From positions 1 through 49,271 of the forward strand of contig JACQSK010000002.1 of the NCBI GenBank assembly GCA_016205975.1: a stretch of 49,271 nt of DNA, read 5' to 3'. Below the pieces are notes generated by a model. It was not told where the DNA came from and searched no databases. It saw only the letters and a program-made list of their open reading frames with translations. Of this stretch, positions 26,461 through 35,027 are shown one piece after another (within the stretch, counting starts at the first letter, position 1; the number at the start of each line of letters is the position of its first letter). The DNA is from Candidatus Uhrbacteria bacterium (lineage in GTDB: Bacteria; Patescibacteriota; Patescibacteriia; UBA9934; GWF2-40-263). The position numbers and the translations under genes are program-made.

Positions 26461-27042
26461 ATGAGGGAGCGGCTCTCCGAGCTTGAACGGGAGCTTCTGG
26501 GCGAAGGGAGCCGTTACCGGGTGCACTACGTGCTCGTGCGCGAAAGGCTTGCACGGGCGTGTCGTCTGCGCGAGCAGATTGACGCGAGTTTGCGCGAGAA
26601 CAACGCCGAGTTCATGCGCGATTTGCGCGAGCGCGTGAACGACGCCGTCCTCCGGCTGAACATGACGCTCTCCGAGATCGACGGTTTCCGCGCGAAAGTT
26701 GAGACGTATCTCGCCGAGGTTCGTAGCGAGATCGCCGGATTGGATCCGGTTCTGCAGCGCCTGGGACTCGTCCGCGAAGCCGAAATGCTGGTGGGCGAGA
26801 TTCCGGAAATAGAGGCCGAGGCCACGGCGCTCATCGACAGCGCCCTCGCGACGATCGAGCGGCGCATGCTGGGCCTTCGCGCGAACGTCGAGGAGTGCTT
26901 CCTCGACCACGGCATCCCGCTTTGCGACCTGCTCGCGATCAACCCCGAGCCGGCGCGTGAGCAGGATGCCCTGTACGCGCTCGCCGAGCTCGATCGGCGC
27001 ATCGAGAACTTCCACCCAGAAATGCTGCGCGAGCCGACGTAG
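26461..27042 (+). CDS. helical/coiled-coil hypothetical protein
   Basis: The ORF is open from 26380. ATG 26461 avoids a 29-nt overlap with the upstream gene, but the start is uncertain. The product is Arg/Glu/Leu-rich and helical. No family recognised. Confidence 0.5.
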   Translation: MRERLSELERELLGEGSRYRVHYVLVRERLARACRLREQIDASLRENNAEFMRDLRERVNDAVLRLNMTLSEIDGFRAKVETYLAEVRSEIAGLDPVLQRLGLVREAEMLVGEIPEIEAEATALIDSALATIERRMLGLRANVEECFLDHGIPLCDLLAINPEPAREQDALYALAELDRRIENFHPEMLREPT

Positions 27043-27064
27043 TCGAGCTTAGCTCGATGCCGTT

Positions 27065-27113
27065 CAGGCTACTCTCCGCGTCTCTCACGAGTATGAGACG
27101 CGGGTTTTTTGTT
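27065..27113 (+). terminator. 49-nt terminator module, copy B
   Basis: Same hairpin and T6 as copy A. The single difference (C to T at 27075) turns a C-G pair into U.G. As in copy A, the similarity starts at TAGTCG at the stop codon. Confidence 0.85.
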
Positions 27114-27182
27114 AGGATAGAGTACAAGTCGAGGACACACTGAGGGTGTATCGAATACATATCCGTGAGCGCCATACGGAAA

Positions 27183-27208
27183 GAAAAACCCTGTTCGTGA
27201 GAACAAGG
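27183..27208 (-). terminator. intrinsic terminator of the DUF3307-like gene
   Basis: On the minus strand: CCTTGTTC-TCAC-GAACAGGG (one G.U pair) followed by TTTTTC. Confidence 0.65.
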
Positions 27209-27218
27209 CGAGGGCGAC

Positions 27219-27584
27219 TTACAGCCAACCCAAGAGGATGAGCGGCACGAGCGTGAGCAGGTGGAGCGTTTGGTCCAGCCAGATCGTCTTCACCAGGATG
27301 TCGCGCGCCTTGAGGGCGTCCACGAGGAAGTGCGCGAGGAAGATCGCAGGAAACGCCCAGAGGTTCGCGTCCGTGCCCGAGAGCTTGGCCGTCACCACGA
27401 ACGCGGCCGTGTAGGTCACGCAATGGTAGAGGAGCACTTCCCAGGGGCCGGCGCAGTCGACCGCAGGATCGTAGTGCTTTGGACACTTCTTCATGGCCAT
27501 CCAGGCGCTCTGGAGGCCGAAGTCGCCCACGAAGTGCACGGCACCCCACAAGAGGAGTGCAAAGAGAAGCGCATGCATGTCCAT
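27219..27584 (-). CDS. small polytopic membrane protein (DUF3307-like)
   Basis: AAGGGG lies 5 nt upstream of ATG 27584. HFVGDFGLQSAWMAMKK resembles the H-x3-DF-x-LQ...K motif I associate with DUF3307. Four hydrophobic helices. Confidence 0.55.
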   Translation of the reverse strand: MDMHALLFALLLWGAVHFVGDFGLQSAWMAMKKCPKHYDPAVDCAGPWEVLLYHCVTYTAAFVVTAKLSGTDANLWAFPAIFLAHFLVDALKARDILVKTIWLDQTLHLLTLVPLILLGWL

Positions 27585-27653
27585 GAGACCCCTTTGCCGT
27601 TTGTCGGCTCTGACTCCAGACTATCACGGCTCCTCTTTCCGCCCAGAGCAGGT

Positions 27654-27668
27654 GTCGAGTTTCTCGAC
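27654..27668. promoter_or_regulatory. palindrome GTCGAG-TTT-CTCGAC in a divergent intergenic region
   Basis: Perfect 6-bp arms located 43 nt upstream of the TrmB-like regulator start. It is a candidate auto-operator. Confidence 0.3.
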
Positions 27669-27710
27669 AACATTTTGACTGGGCGGCTGGGACGTGAGAT
27701 CGTACCGTAT

Positions 27711-28481
27711 ATGCGCATGCACTACTCTGCTGATTTGGTCCAGGGACTCGAGGCGTACGGCCTTGATAAAAAAGAAGCCAAGGTTTACTTGGCGGCGTTG
27801 GAGCTGGGCCCCACGAGCGTCCTCGAGTTGTCGCGGCGCACGAGTTTGCCGCGCACGACGCTGTATCCAATTTTGGAACGGCTCAAGATGCAAGGCGTGT
27901 TCCGTGTGGGAAAAAAGAAATCCACGACCGTGTTCACGGCCGAGGCGCCCGCGCGGCTGAGTGAGCGCATGCACGAGCGGGAGAACGAGCTTCAGAAGAG
28001 CGTGCCGGCGCTTGAGCTGTTACAGGAGACCGCGCATGGGGGGCCGGGCGTCACGTTTTATGAAGGGACGGATGGGTTCAAGCGGCTGTGGAAGCAGATT
28101 TTGGATTCGGGCGTGAAGGAGTATCGGTTGCTGACTTCGGGAGTGGGGCTACGGGATTACGTGAAGGAAACCTACTTGGTGGAGCGTGTGATTGCAGAGC
28201 GCAAGAAGCGCGGTATGAAAAGTTTACAGCTCATCCGCGACAGCCGCGTGGCGCGCCAGATCATCTCCAAGGATTCAGAGGAGCTGCGCGAGTCGCGTCT
28301 GCTCCCTTCAGACATCGACCTGCCCGCGACGGTCATCATCTTTGCCGACCAGGTCGCGTTTGTGACGACGCGGCGGGAGAACATGATGATTATTTTGGCA
28401 AGTGGAGATGTGGCCGTGACGTATCGGACGCTGTTTGATCTTGTGTGGAACAAGGCGCAAAGAGTTTCTTCAAACCTATGA
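27711..28481 (+). CDS. TrmB-family transcriptional regulator
   Basis: N-terminal winged helix (GLDKKEAKVYLAALELGPTSVLELSRRTSLPRTTLYPILERLKMQGV) plus the TrmB C-terminal domain length. The 406-aa track ORF extends it antisense through the neighbouring gene. Confidence 0.85.
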   Translation: MRMHYSADLVQGLEAYGLDKKEAKVYLAALELGPTSVLELSRRTSLPRTTLYPILERLKMQGVFRVGKKKSTTVFTAEAPARLSERMHERENELQKSVPALELLQETAHGGPGVTFYEGTDGFKRLWKQILDSGVKEYRLLTSGVGLRDYVKETYLVERVIAERKKRGMKSLQLIRDSRVARQIISKDSEELRESRLLPSDIDLPATVIIFADQVAFVTTRRENMMIILASGDVAVTYRTLFDLVWNKAQRVSSNL

Positions 28482-31102
28482 GCGCACCCAAACACACTTT
28501 TCTCCTGCTTGACGGCAACGCCCTGCTGCACCGCGCCTGGCACGCGATTCCTCCCCTGACGACCAAGGACGGCCTGGTGGTGAACGCCGTGTATGGGTTT
28601 GCCATGGTCGTGGAGAAGATGATCGAGCGCTACCAGCCGGACTACATGGCGGTCGCGTGGGACCTGCCAGGCGAGACATTTCGTCACAAGCTCTACCCAG
28701 AGTACAAGGCGCAGCGCGAGAAGAAAGAACAGGAGCTCTATGACCAGATCCCCATCATCCAAAAAATCCTGTCGGCGTTTGGAGTTCCGTCGGTGTCAGA
28801 GGAAGGTTTTGAGGCCGACGACGTGATCGGCACGCTCGCTCGCGAGGCGCGCCAAAAAAAAATGGCGACGATGATCGTGACGGGAGATCTCGATAGTCTC
28901 CAGCTGGTGGATGACGACACGTCCGTTCTCTTTTTTCAAAAAGGGATCAGTGAAACCAAACACTATGACGAGGCAGCGGTACAGGAACGCTACGGACTCG
29001 CGCCCGCGCAGCTCATCGATTACAAAGCGCTGCGCGGTGATCCCAGCGACAACCTCCCTGGCATTGCGGGTATTGGCGAGAAGACCGCGACGGATTTGCT
29101 TCAGCGGTATGGCTCGATTGAAGGAATCTACCAGGCGCTCCCGCAGATCGAGGAGAAGGTTGCCAAGAAACTGCGCGGTCAAGAGGATCGGGTGGAGGCG
29201 TCCAAGGTTTTGGTGTCGATCGTCCGCGAAGTCAAAACAGGTTTTCGTTTTGATGAGGCCAAGCGGAAGGAACCGGATCTCAAGAGGCTCCTGCCGCTCT
29301 ATCGCGATTTGGAGTTTCGTACGCTCCTGAAAAAATACGCAGAGGCAAAAGTCGTGAGTCCGAGACCGCAGCCAGGGCTCGTGAGGAACAACATCCAGAT
29401 CGTCCGGGACGCGGACAAAGTGCAGAGAACATTCTCTCCAGGCTCAACTCTTGGCGTGCTCATTGCTGAGCAGGCGCCCGATTTGTTTGGCGCCACGGTC
29501 GCGGCGGCCGCACTCTCCGACGGGAAGCAGACGATCGTTGTCATGAACCCTACCAAGGAAGCGCTTACGCGTCTTCAAAGCATTCTTGGCAAAGCATCGC
29601 TCGTTGTGACCCACGATCTGAAGCATCTCATGCATCAGCTCTGTGTGCCGATTACCACGCCGGCTTTTGACATCATGATTGCCTCTTACTTGCTGCATTC
29701 CGGAACGCGCGTCCACGACCTCACCTCTGCCGCATATCAGACACTCGGTCAGACGCTCCCTGAGGTGCCGACGACTTTTGCGAAAGAAAGAGAGTACCAG
29801 ACGCTTGGGTCCATCGCGGCCGCTCTTCCCGCGCTCGCGGTTAAGATGCGTTCGATGATGGAAGCCGTGAGCCTGACGAAGGTGTTCGATGACATCGAGA
29901 TGCCGCTTGTCCCAGTGCTTTATAAGATGGAACGTGAAGGCATCGAACTCAACGGCGAAAGCCTGGCGGTTTTTTCTCTATCGCTCAAAAAACGTATTGA
30001 CGCATTGACGGAGCCTATTCATCAAGCCGCGGGCACGGATTTCAACATCAACTCCCCTTCTCAACTTGCGGAAGTTTTGTTTGAGAAGATGCATCTTCCC
30101 ACCAAGGGAATCAAAAAAACGAAGTCCGGATTTTCAACGGCCGCGCCGGAGCTGGAGAAACTGTGGGACGCGCATGCGATCATTCCGCTGCTTTCTGAAT
30201 ATCGTGAGCTCACCAAACTCCAATCAACGTATGTGGAGGCGCTTCCAAAACTTGTGGCGCAGGACGGCCGCGTGCACACCAGCTACAACCAAACCGTCGC
30301 GGCAACGGGACGCCTGTCTTCTTCGGATCCGAACTTGCAGAACATTCCCGTTAAGACGGAACTCGGGCGCGAGATTCGTCGGGCGTTCGTGGCGCCGCGT
30401 GGCAGAGTGCTTGTGGCCGCAGATTACAGCCAGATTGAGTTGCGACTGGCCGCCGTGATCGCACAAGACAAACCGTTCATCGCCGCGTTCCGGGAAGGAG
30501 CGGATATTCATACGCGCACGGCCGCGGAGGTGTGGGGCGTGGAGGAAGAGCAGGTCACCAAGGAGCAGCGCCGTGCAGCCAAGGCGATCAATTTTGGGAT
30601 CATCTATGGCATGGGGCCACGTTCGCTCTCGCGGTCGACGGGTCTTACCATGGACCAAGCAAAAGAATTTATCGATCGTTATTTTCAAATTCATCACGCC
30701 GTGCGCGACTATCTCGATCACACAAAAGTTTTGGCGCACACGCAGGGGTATGTGGAGACGCTGTTCGGGCGGCGACGGTCTTTTCCCGAGATTCAGTCTG
30801 GCGTGCCCATGCTCGTCGCTCAAGCCGAGCGCATGGCGATCAACATGCCTGTGCAAGGGACGGCGGCTGACATTATGAAGATGGCGATGTTGCGCGTGGA
30901 CGGCTGGCTTGCAAAGAGCCAATGGCCGGCCTCGATGCTCTTGCAGGTACACGACGAGTTGGTGCTGGAAGTCGATAAGGACGCGGTCGCGGCCGTTGCG
31001 CGCGGCGTGCGAGAGATGATGGAGGGCGTGGGGGCATTTGAGGTGCCGCTTGTGGTTGACATTGAGGTGGGAAAGAATTGGGGTGAGATGGAGCCTTTGT
31101 GA
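28478..31102 (+). CDS. polA: DNA polymerase I
   Basis: 5' nuclease domain (LLLDGNALLHRAWHA, GDPSDNLPGI). Polymerase motifs A (DYSQIELR), B (RRAAKAINFGIIYG) and C (QVHDEL). The ATG overlaps the TrmB-like stop as ATGA. Confidence 0.97.
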   Translation: MSAPKHTFLLLDGNALLHRAWHAIPPLTTKDGLVVNAVYGFAMVVEKMIERYQPDYMAVAWDLPGETFRHKLYPEYKAQREKKEQELYDQIPIIQKILSAFGVPSVSEEGFEADDVIGTLAREARQKKMATMIVTGDLDSLQLVDDDTSVLFFQKGISETKHYDEAAVQERYGLAPAQLIDYKALRGDPSDNLPGIAGIGEKTATDLLQRYGSIEGIYQALPQIEEKVAKKLRGQEDRVEASKVLVSIVREVKTGFRFDEAKRKEPDLKRLLPLYRDLEFRTLLKKYAEAKVVSPRPQPGLVRNNIQIVRDADKVQRTFSPGSTLGVLIAEQAPDLFGATVAAAALSDGKQTIVVMNPTKEALTRLQSILGKASLVVTHDLKHLMHQLCVPITTPAFDIMIASYLLHSGTRVHDLTSAAYQTLGQTLPEVPTTFAKEREYQTLGSIAAALPALAVKMRSMMEAVSLTKVFDDIEMPLVPVLYKMEREGIELNGESLAVFSLSLKKRIDALTEPIHQAAGTDFNINSPSQLAEVLFEKMHLPTKGIKKTKSGFSTAAPELEKLWDAHAIIPLLSEYRELTKLQSTYVEALPKLVAQDGRVHTSYNQTVAATGRLSSSDPNLQNIPVKTELGREIRRAFVAPRGRVLVAADYSQIELRLAAVIAQDKPFIAAFREGADIHTRTAAEVWGVEEEQVTKEQRRAAKAINFGIIYGMGPRSLSRSTGLTMDQAKEFIDRYFQIHHAVRDYLDHTKVLAHTQGYVETLFGRRRSFPEIQSGVPMLVAQAERMAINMPVQGTAADIMKMAMLRVDGWLAKSQWPASMLLQVHDELVLEVDKDAVAAVARGVREMMEGVGAFEVPLVVDIEVGKNWGEMEPL

Positions 31103-31117
31103 TAAGCTCATGGCACT

Positions 31118-32092
31118 ATGCTCATCTTTGTGTACGGCGATGATAGCTTTCGGGTGTCTGAGAAGGTCAAACACATGAAAGAGGCGTTCAGGGTCAAGTT
31201 TGATCCCACGGGTTTAAACACGGCCGAGTATCCCCTGGGAGACAAGATGAAGCTCGAGGTCGGTGAGGTGCTGGGGTCGGTGCGGGCTCTTCCTTTTTTG
31301 GGGACGAAGAGAATGGTCGTCGTGCGCGACCTCGTTACGCAGACCAAGAAGGCCGACATGGATGTGTGGGAGAAAGGGTTTTTGCAGGCGCCTGATTCGA
31401 CGATTGTGGTTTTCTGGGAAACGACCGAGCCCAAGGAGTTAGAAAAGAAGCCGTTGTTTGTCGCGCTTAAGGGCGCTGCCGAGGTGCACGCGTATCCGTT
31501 TCCTGAGCTTTCTGGTGCGGACCTTGAGCGATGGACGACCGAGCGTGTGAAAGCGCGCGGTGGCCTCATGGGGGCACAGGCGCTTCGGGCGCTTGCTGAG
31601 CGCGTGGGGGGAGATTTGTGGGCCATGGATCATGAGGTGTCGAAACTCGTTGCGTTTGCCGATGGTGCAGAGATTACGCTCTCAGCGGTGGACGAGCTAG
31701 TCGCACAAAGTTTTGAAGAAAAAATTTTCGAGCTGATGGACGCGGTTTCGCAAAAACGAACCGCCTCGGCCATACGAATGTTGCAAGAAGAACGTTCAGC
31801 TGGGTCTGACGACCATTATCTGCTCACCATGCTTGGACGTCAGGTGAGGATTCTGTTGGGCGCTCGCTCCTTGCTTGATGAAAATCACCGTGCGACCAAA
31901 CAAGACCTCGCCGACGCCCTCTCGATCCATCCGTTCGTTGCTCAAAAAGCACTCGCTCAGGCGAAGGGATTTTCTCTCGCGCATCTGAAGGCCGTCCATG
32001 ACTTGCTCTTTGACTTCGATCAGCAGCTAAAGTCTGGTCAAATCCCTGTCGACATAGCCGTGGACCTCACGACGGTGAAGATGATGCAATAG
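31118..32092 (+). CDS. holA: DNA polymerase III delta subunit
   Basis: 324 aa. The N-terminal FVYGDDSF and the central FELMDAVSQKRTASAIRMLQE...LLTMLGRQVR pattern are typical of HolA. Confidence 0.75.
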   Translation: MLIFVYGDDSFRVSEKVKHMKEAFRVKFDPTGLNTAEYPLGDKMKLEVGEVLGSVRALPFLGTKRMVVVRDLVTQTKKADMDVWEKGFLQAPDSTIVVFWETTEPKELEKKPLFVALKGAAEVHAYPFPELSGADLERWTTERVKARGGLMGAQALRALAERVGGDLWAMDHEVSKLVAFADGAEITLSAVDELVAQSFEEKIFELMDAVSQKRTASAIRMLQEERSAGSDDHYLLTMLGRQVRILLGARSLLDENHRATKQDLADALSIHPFVAQKALAQAKGFSLAHLKAVHDLLFDFDQQLKSGQIPVDIAVDLTTVKMMQ

Positions 32093-32095
32093 CAA

Positions 32096-32120
32096 AACAG
32101 ACTCGCTCGGAGTCTGTTTT
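32096..32120. terminator. bidirectional intrinsic terminator
   Basis: AACAGACTC-GCTCG-GAGTCTGTT is a perfect 9-bp stem, flanked by an A-run and a T-run. It lies between the convergent holA and the peptidase-like gene. Confidence 0.8.
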
Positions 32121-32682
32121 ACGTTGAACGGAAGAGCCAGAGGCCGGCAGCGTTTTTCTTTCCATGCTTTTTTATAGCCCTGTAAAGCTTCTGTATCGAA
32201 ATTTTTCGCCTACTCGGCTTTTCAGGATCGATGAGTGTAATGGTCTGTGTATTCACTGATTCAACAATCGAGGCGTGCCCCCAATTTATTTTTGGGTCAC
32301 TGTAGGCTATACCGAAGTTGAAACAGACAATCATATCAAGACCACCTTTTGTTGAGTCCTTCATGATATGGTGGAGCTCGGTGAGGCTTCGTGGGAACCG
32401 AAAGCTAAAACTGACAGGGAGGTGGTTCTTCTGAAGAAAGATTTCGAGTGAATAGTTTTTCTTTTGTATCTGTGTTCCCCAACCAGCAGATGGCCGTTTG
32501 TTGTGAGCCCGGGGAAATCGTTTTCGATACTCTTCAGGCACGGCCAAACCCAGCGCATAGCCGATGGTCTTTTGGGACCAGGATCCCGCTACTCCACGCC
32601 TTCTGAGGATCATCAACAGACAGGCTGGGACACAACAGTATGGGAGCTGCTTAATCGGTTTGTATCGATTTGGTGTGCGCAT
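32119..32682 (-). CDS. papain-fold cysteine peptidase-like protein (C39-like)
   Basis: QLPYCCVPACLLMIL (a candidate catalytic Cys context) and WGHASIV (a candidate His). The hand-counted line at 32161 is about 40% GC, far below the backbone. The family call is tentative. Confidence 0.45.
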   Translation of the reverse strand: MRTPNRYKPIKQLPYCCVPACLLMILRRRGVAGSWSQKTIGYALGLAVPEEYRKRFPRAHNKRPSAGWGTQIQKKNYSLEIFLQKNHLPVSFSFRFPRSLTELHHIMKDSTKGGLDMIVCFNFGIAYSDPKINWGHASIVESVNTQTITLIDPEKPSRRKISIQKLYRAIKKHGKKNAAGLWLFRST

Positions 32683-32742
32683 GAAAGAAGTTTATCAGAA
32701 AGAAGCAGACACCAAAACAGACCCGTGGGGGCCTGTTGTCAA

Positions 32743-33012
32743 TTACGCTTTTGCGAGCGCGTTGATTTTTTTCATGAGGCGCGACTTGTAGCGGGATGCG
32801 GCGTTCCTTTTAAGAACGTTTTTTTGGACGGCCTTGTCAAGCTTTTTGCCGATCATGCGGACGACCTCAGTTGCCTCTTTGACGTTTTTTCCGTCAAGCA
32901 GCTTACGAGCCTTCACGCGCAGGGAATGAATTTCAGCCTTAACGACCTTGTTGCGTTCCGCGCGTTTCTTGCTCTGGCGCAGGGCTTTTTCAGCATTTCG
33001 TAGATTTGGCAT
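32743..33012 (-). CDS. rpsT: 30S ribosomal protein S20
   Basis: MPNLRNAEKALRQSKKRAERNKVVK... is the typical S20 N-terminus. 89 aa and basic. Confidence 0.93.
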   Translation of the reverse strand: MPNLRNAEKALRQSKKRAERNKVVKAEIHSLRVKARKLLDGKNVKEATEVVRMIGKKLDKAVQKNVLKRNAASRYKSRLMKKINALAKA

Positions 33013-33024
33013 ATAGATGGCGTT

Positions 33025-33052
33025 AGTATAGCGGAGGAAAAATGGCTGTCAA
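33025..33052 (-). promoter_or_regulatory. sigma70 promoter of rpsT
   Basis: On the minus strand: TTGACA (33052-33047), a 16-nt spacer and TATACT (33030-33025). The -10 ends only 12 nt before the ATG at 33012 and no SD is visible. Confidence 0.55.
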
Positions 33053-34171
33053 CTATTCCTCGAGAGTCTGTCCCCCTTCGATCTCAAGCGGCTCAAGCTG
33101 CTTCCCTGCCGCGCCGTTGGTAATCCGGAAGACATCCTTGTCGATTTTTTTGAGCTCTTGTGAAGAACTTGTATAGGTTCTCACCGTTGTCTCGAGCTGC
33201 TTTCCAAGCCGGTTGTGGTGATCCTCGTACGCTTTCATGTGGCGCATGAGTTGTTCGGCTTGTTTCTGAATCTCTTTGACTGAGTCTTCGATTTGGAGTG
33301 CCTTTAGCCCCAGCATGACTGTCTGAAGGTAAGCAAAGAAAGATGTCGGTGACACAATCATGACTCCTTTTTCGAAAGCATACTCGATGAGGTTACGACT
33401 ATTAACCTTGACCGTACCTATGGTGTCGCTTATGAGATTATGGTAGACCCCCTCGGCCGGAACGAACATGAATGCGAAGTTGGTTGTTCCCTTTTCCGGC
33501 TGAATGTACTTTGATGTTTCATCTATGCGAAGCTTTACGTCTGTTTTAAACTCCCTCTCAAGCAGTTCGCGACGCTCTGCGTCGATTTCCTGTGAGATGC
33601 GATTATAATTTTCAAGTGAAAACTTTGCATCGATCGGGATAAGCATTTCCTTCACGAAGATGACGGCATCCGGGATGAGCGACTGCCCAGATTTTTCATC
33701 GACTCCAAGTTGGTACTGCATCTGATACTGCCCCGCAGGAAGGACCTGTCCAAGGAGAGACTCGAGCCAGTATTCCCCAAGAATGCCTCGTTGCTTTGGA
33801 TTTTTTAGAATGTTTTCCAGGCTCTGAAGCTGGGTTGAGAAGCCAAGGACCTGCTTGTTCGTTTCATCGAGTTTTGTCAGTCTCTCCGTGACGTCTCGTA
33901 TGATGCCGGTTGTGTGTTGGAAATGGTTTTGTAGTGTTGAGGATGACTCCTTAAGATTGGAGACTAATCTTTCATGCATCGTGTCCAGTTTTTCTTCCAC
34001 CTCCTTTCGCTGAGAGGCTGTTGATTCCTGAATCTCACGGCGCAAGTCATTTAGAAGCGTTAACAGGGAACCATCTACTTCGGGTTCGCGGGCATTGCGA
34101 CGAGTAGTAAAATAAATGACGAGTGCAGCAATGAGTCCAACGCCAAGGATTGCAAGGAATAGTTCGTTCAT
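33053..34171 (-). CDS. rmuC: DNA recombination protein RmuC
   Basis: N-terminal TM, a long coiled coil, then the RmuC core (FMFVPAEGVYHNL and GVMIVSPTSFFAYLQTV). ATG 34171 is preferred because the track's ATG (34228) lies inside the extended -10 element. Confidence 0.88.
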   Translation of the reverse strand: MNELFLAILGVGLIAALVIYFTTRRNAREPEVDGSLLTLLNDLRREIQESTASQRKEVEEKLDTMHERLVSNLKESSSTLQNHFQHTTGIIRDVTERLTKLDETNKQVLGFSTQLQSLENILKNPKQRGILGEYWLESLLGQVLPAGQYQMQYQLGVDEKSGQSLIPDAVIFVKEMLIPIDAKFSLENYNRISQEIDAERRELLEREFKTDVKLRIDETSKYIQPEKGTTNFAFMFVPAEGVYHNLISDTIGTVKVNSRNLIEYAFEKGVMIVSPTSFFAYLQTVMLGLKALQIEDSVKEIQKQAEQLMRHMKAYEDHHNRLGKQLETTVRTYTSSSQELKKIDKDVFRITNGAAGKQLEPLEIEGGQTLEE

Positions 34172-34218
34172 AATTCTTTGACGTGTATGATTGTGTGACG
34201 TATTATGTCGTCGCTGTA

Positions 34219-34227
34219 AGTATAGCA
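34219..34227 (-). promoter_or_regulatory. extended -10 element TGCTATACT upstream of rmuC
   Basis: On the minus strand, TGCTATACT occupies 34227-34219. It is the same 9-mer as at 20738-20746. Confidence 0.4.
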
Positions 34228-34261
34228 TGAGAGCAGGATAAGCGTTTTACGACACAAAAAA

Positions 34262-34337
34262 GTCCCCGTAGCTCAACTGGATAGAGCTACAGCGTCCTAA
34301 GCTGGAGATGGGGGTTCAAGTCCCTCCGGGGACACCA
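34262..34337 (+). tRNA. tRNA-Arg (anticodon CCT), CCA encoded
   Basis: Acceptor GTCCCCG/CGGGGAC, D arm GCTC-AACTGGATA-GAGC, anticodon loop GTCCTAA, T arm GGGGG-TTCAAGT-CCCTC, discriminator A, then CCA. Confidence 0.9.
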
Positions 34338-34341
34338 AAGA

Positions 34342-34355
34342 GTTTCACGTGAAAC
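34342..34355. promoter_or_regulatory. perfect palindrome GTTTCACGTGAAAC (shared motif, copy 1)
   Basis: 14-bp perfect palindrome located 5 nt after tRNA-Arg(CCT) and 4 nt before the HAD gene start. GTTTCAC(G/A)TGAAACAAT recurs at 35231-35247. Confidence 0.5.
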
Positions 34356-34358
34356 AAT

Positions 34359-35027
34359 GTGAATTCAAGACCAATTCAAAATCCCGGATTCCTAATTGAC
34401 TTTGATGGTCTTCTCATTAATTCCGAGTCACTATCATTGGTTGCGTTTGAAAAGTTGTGTGGCGAGCTTGGGTGCCAGTTTACGCAGGATTACCATGCGT
34501 CCATCCGTGGCAAGAAAAAGTCTCAATGGGCAGAGGAGTTCGTAGAGAATTTTTCCCTAAGTGAATCTGCAGTGATGATTGCAGAGCTTCACACTAAGCT
34601 GCTCCTAAGTGAGATGGATGATTCTGTAGGTCTTCTTCCCGGAGCGGACGATTTACTTAATTGGATCGGCGAGAATTGTTATCCTGCGGCACTGGTTACT
34701 AGTTCGGATCGAAAGTACGCAGAGACTTATCTGAAAAAGCTAGGTATTGAGGATTCATTCCAGCAGTTGGTGACCTCAGAGGATGTCAGGCATGGGAAGC
34801 CAGACCCTGAGCCGTATGTCATCGGTGCAATGAGGATTAATAAGGAGCCACAGAATTGTATTGTTCTAGAAGATTCGGTGAATGGAGTACTCTCAGGAAA
34901 GGCAGCGGGGGCCATAGTCTTCGCAGTGCCGTCGACAGAATCTGATAGGCAGAAGCTAGTGAGTTCCGATTTCGTCGTTTTGTCTCTTGTAGAAGCACTG
35001 GGAATCCTAAGGGGAATGGGTCTGTAG
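34359..35027 (+). CDS. HAD-superfamily hydrolase, subfamily IA (beta-phosphoglucomutase-like)
   Basis: Motif I is LIDFDGLLINSE. It also has GKPDPEPY and LEDSVNGVLSGKAAG. The start is GTG. Confidence 0.85.
   Translation: MNSRPIQNPGFLIDFDGLLINSESLSLVAFEKLCGELGCQFTQDYHASIRGKKKSQWAEEFVENFSLSESAVMIAELHTKLLLSEMDDSVGLLPGADDLLNWIGENCYPAALVTSSDRKYAETYLKKLGIEDSFQQLVTSEDVRHGKPDPEPYVIGAMRINKEPQNCIVLEDSVNGVLSGKAAGAIVFAVPSTESDRQKLVSSDFVVLSLVEALGILRGMGL

Noticed and set aside
27261-27710. N-terminal 150 aa of the 406-aa ORF 27261-28481.
   Set aside because: This part is antisense to the DUF3307-like membrane-protein gene (27219-27584) and has shadow-like composition. The TrmB winged-helix domain starts right after ATG 27711.
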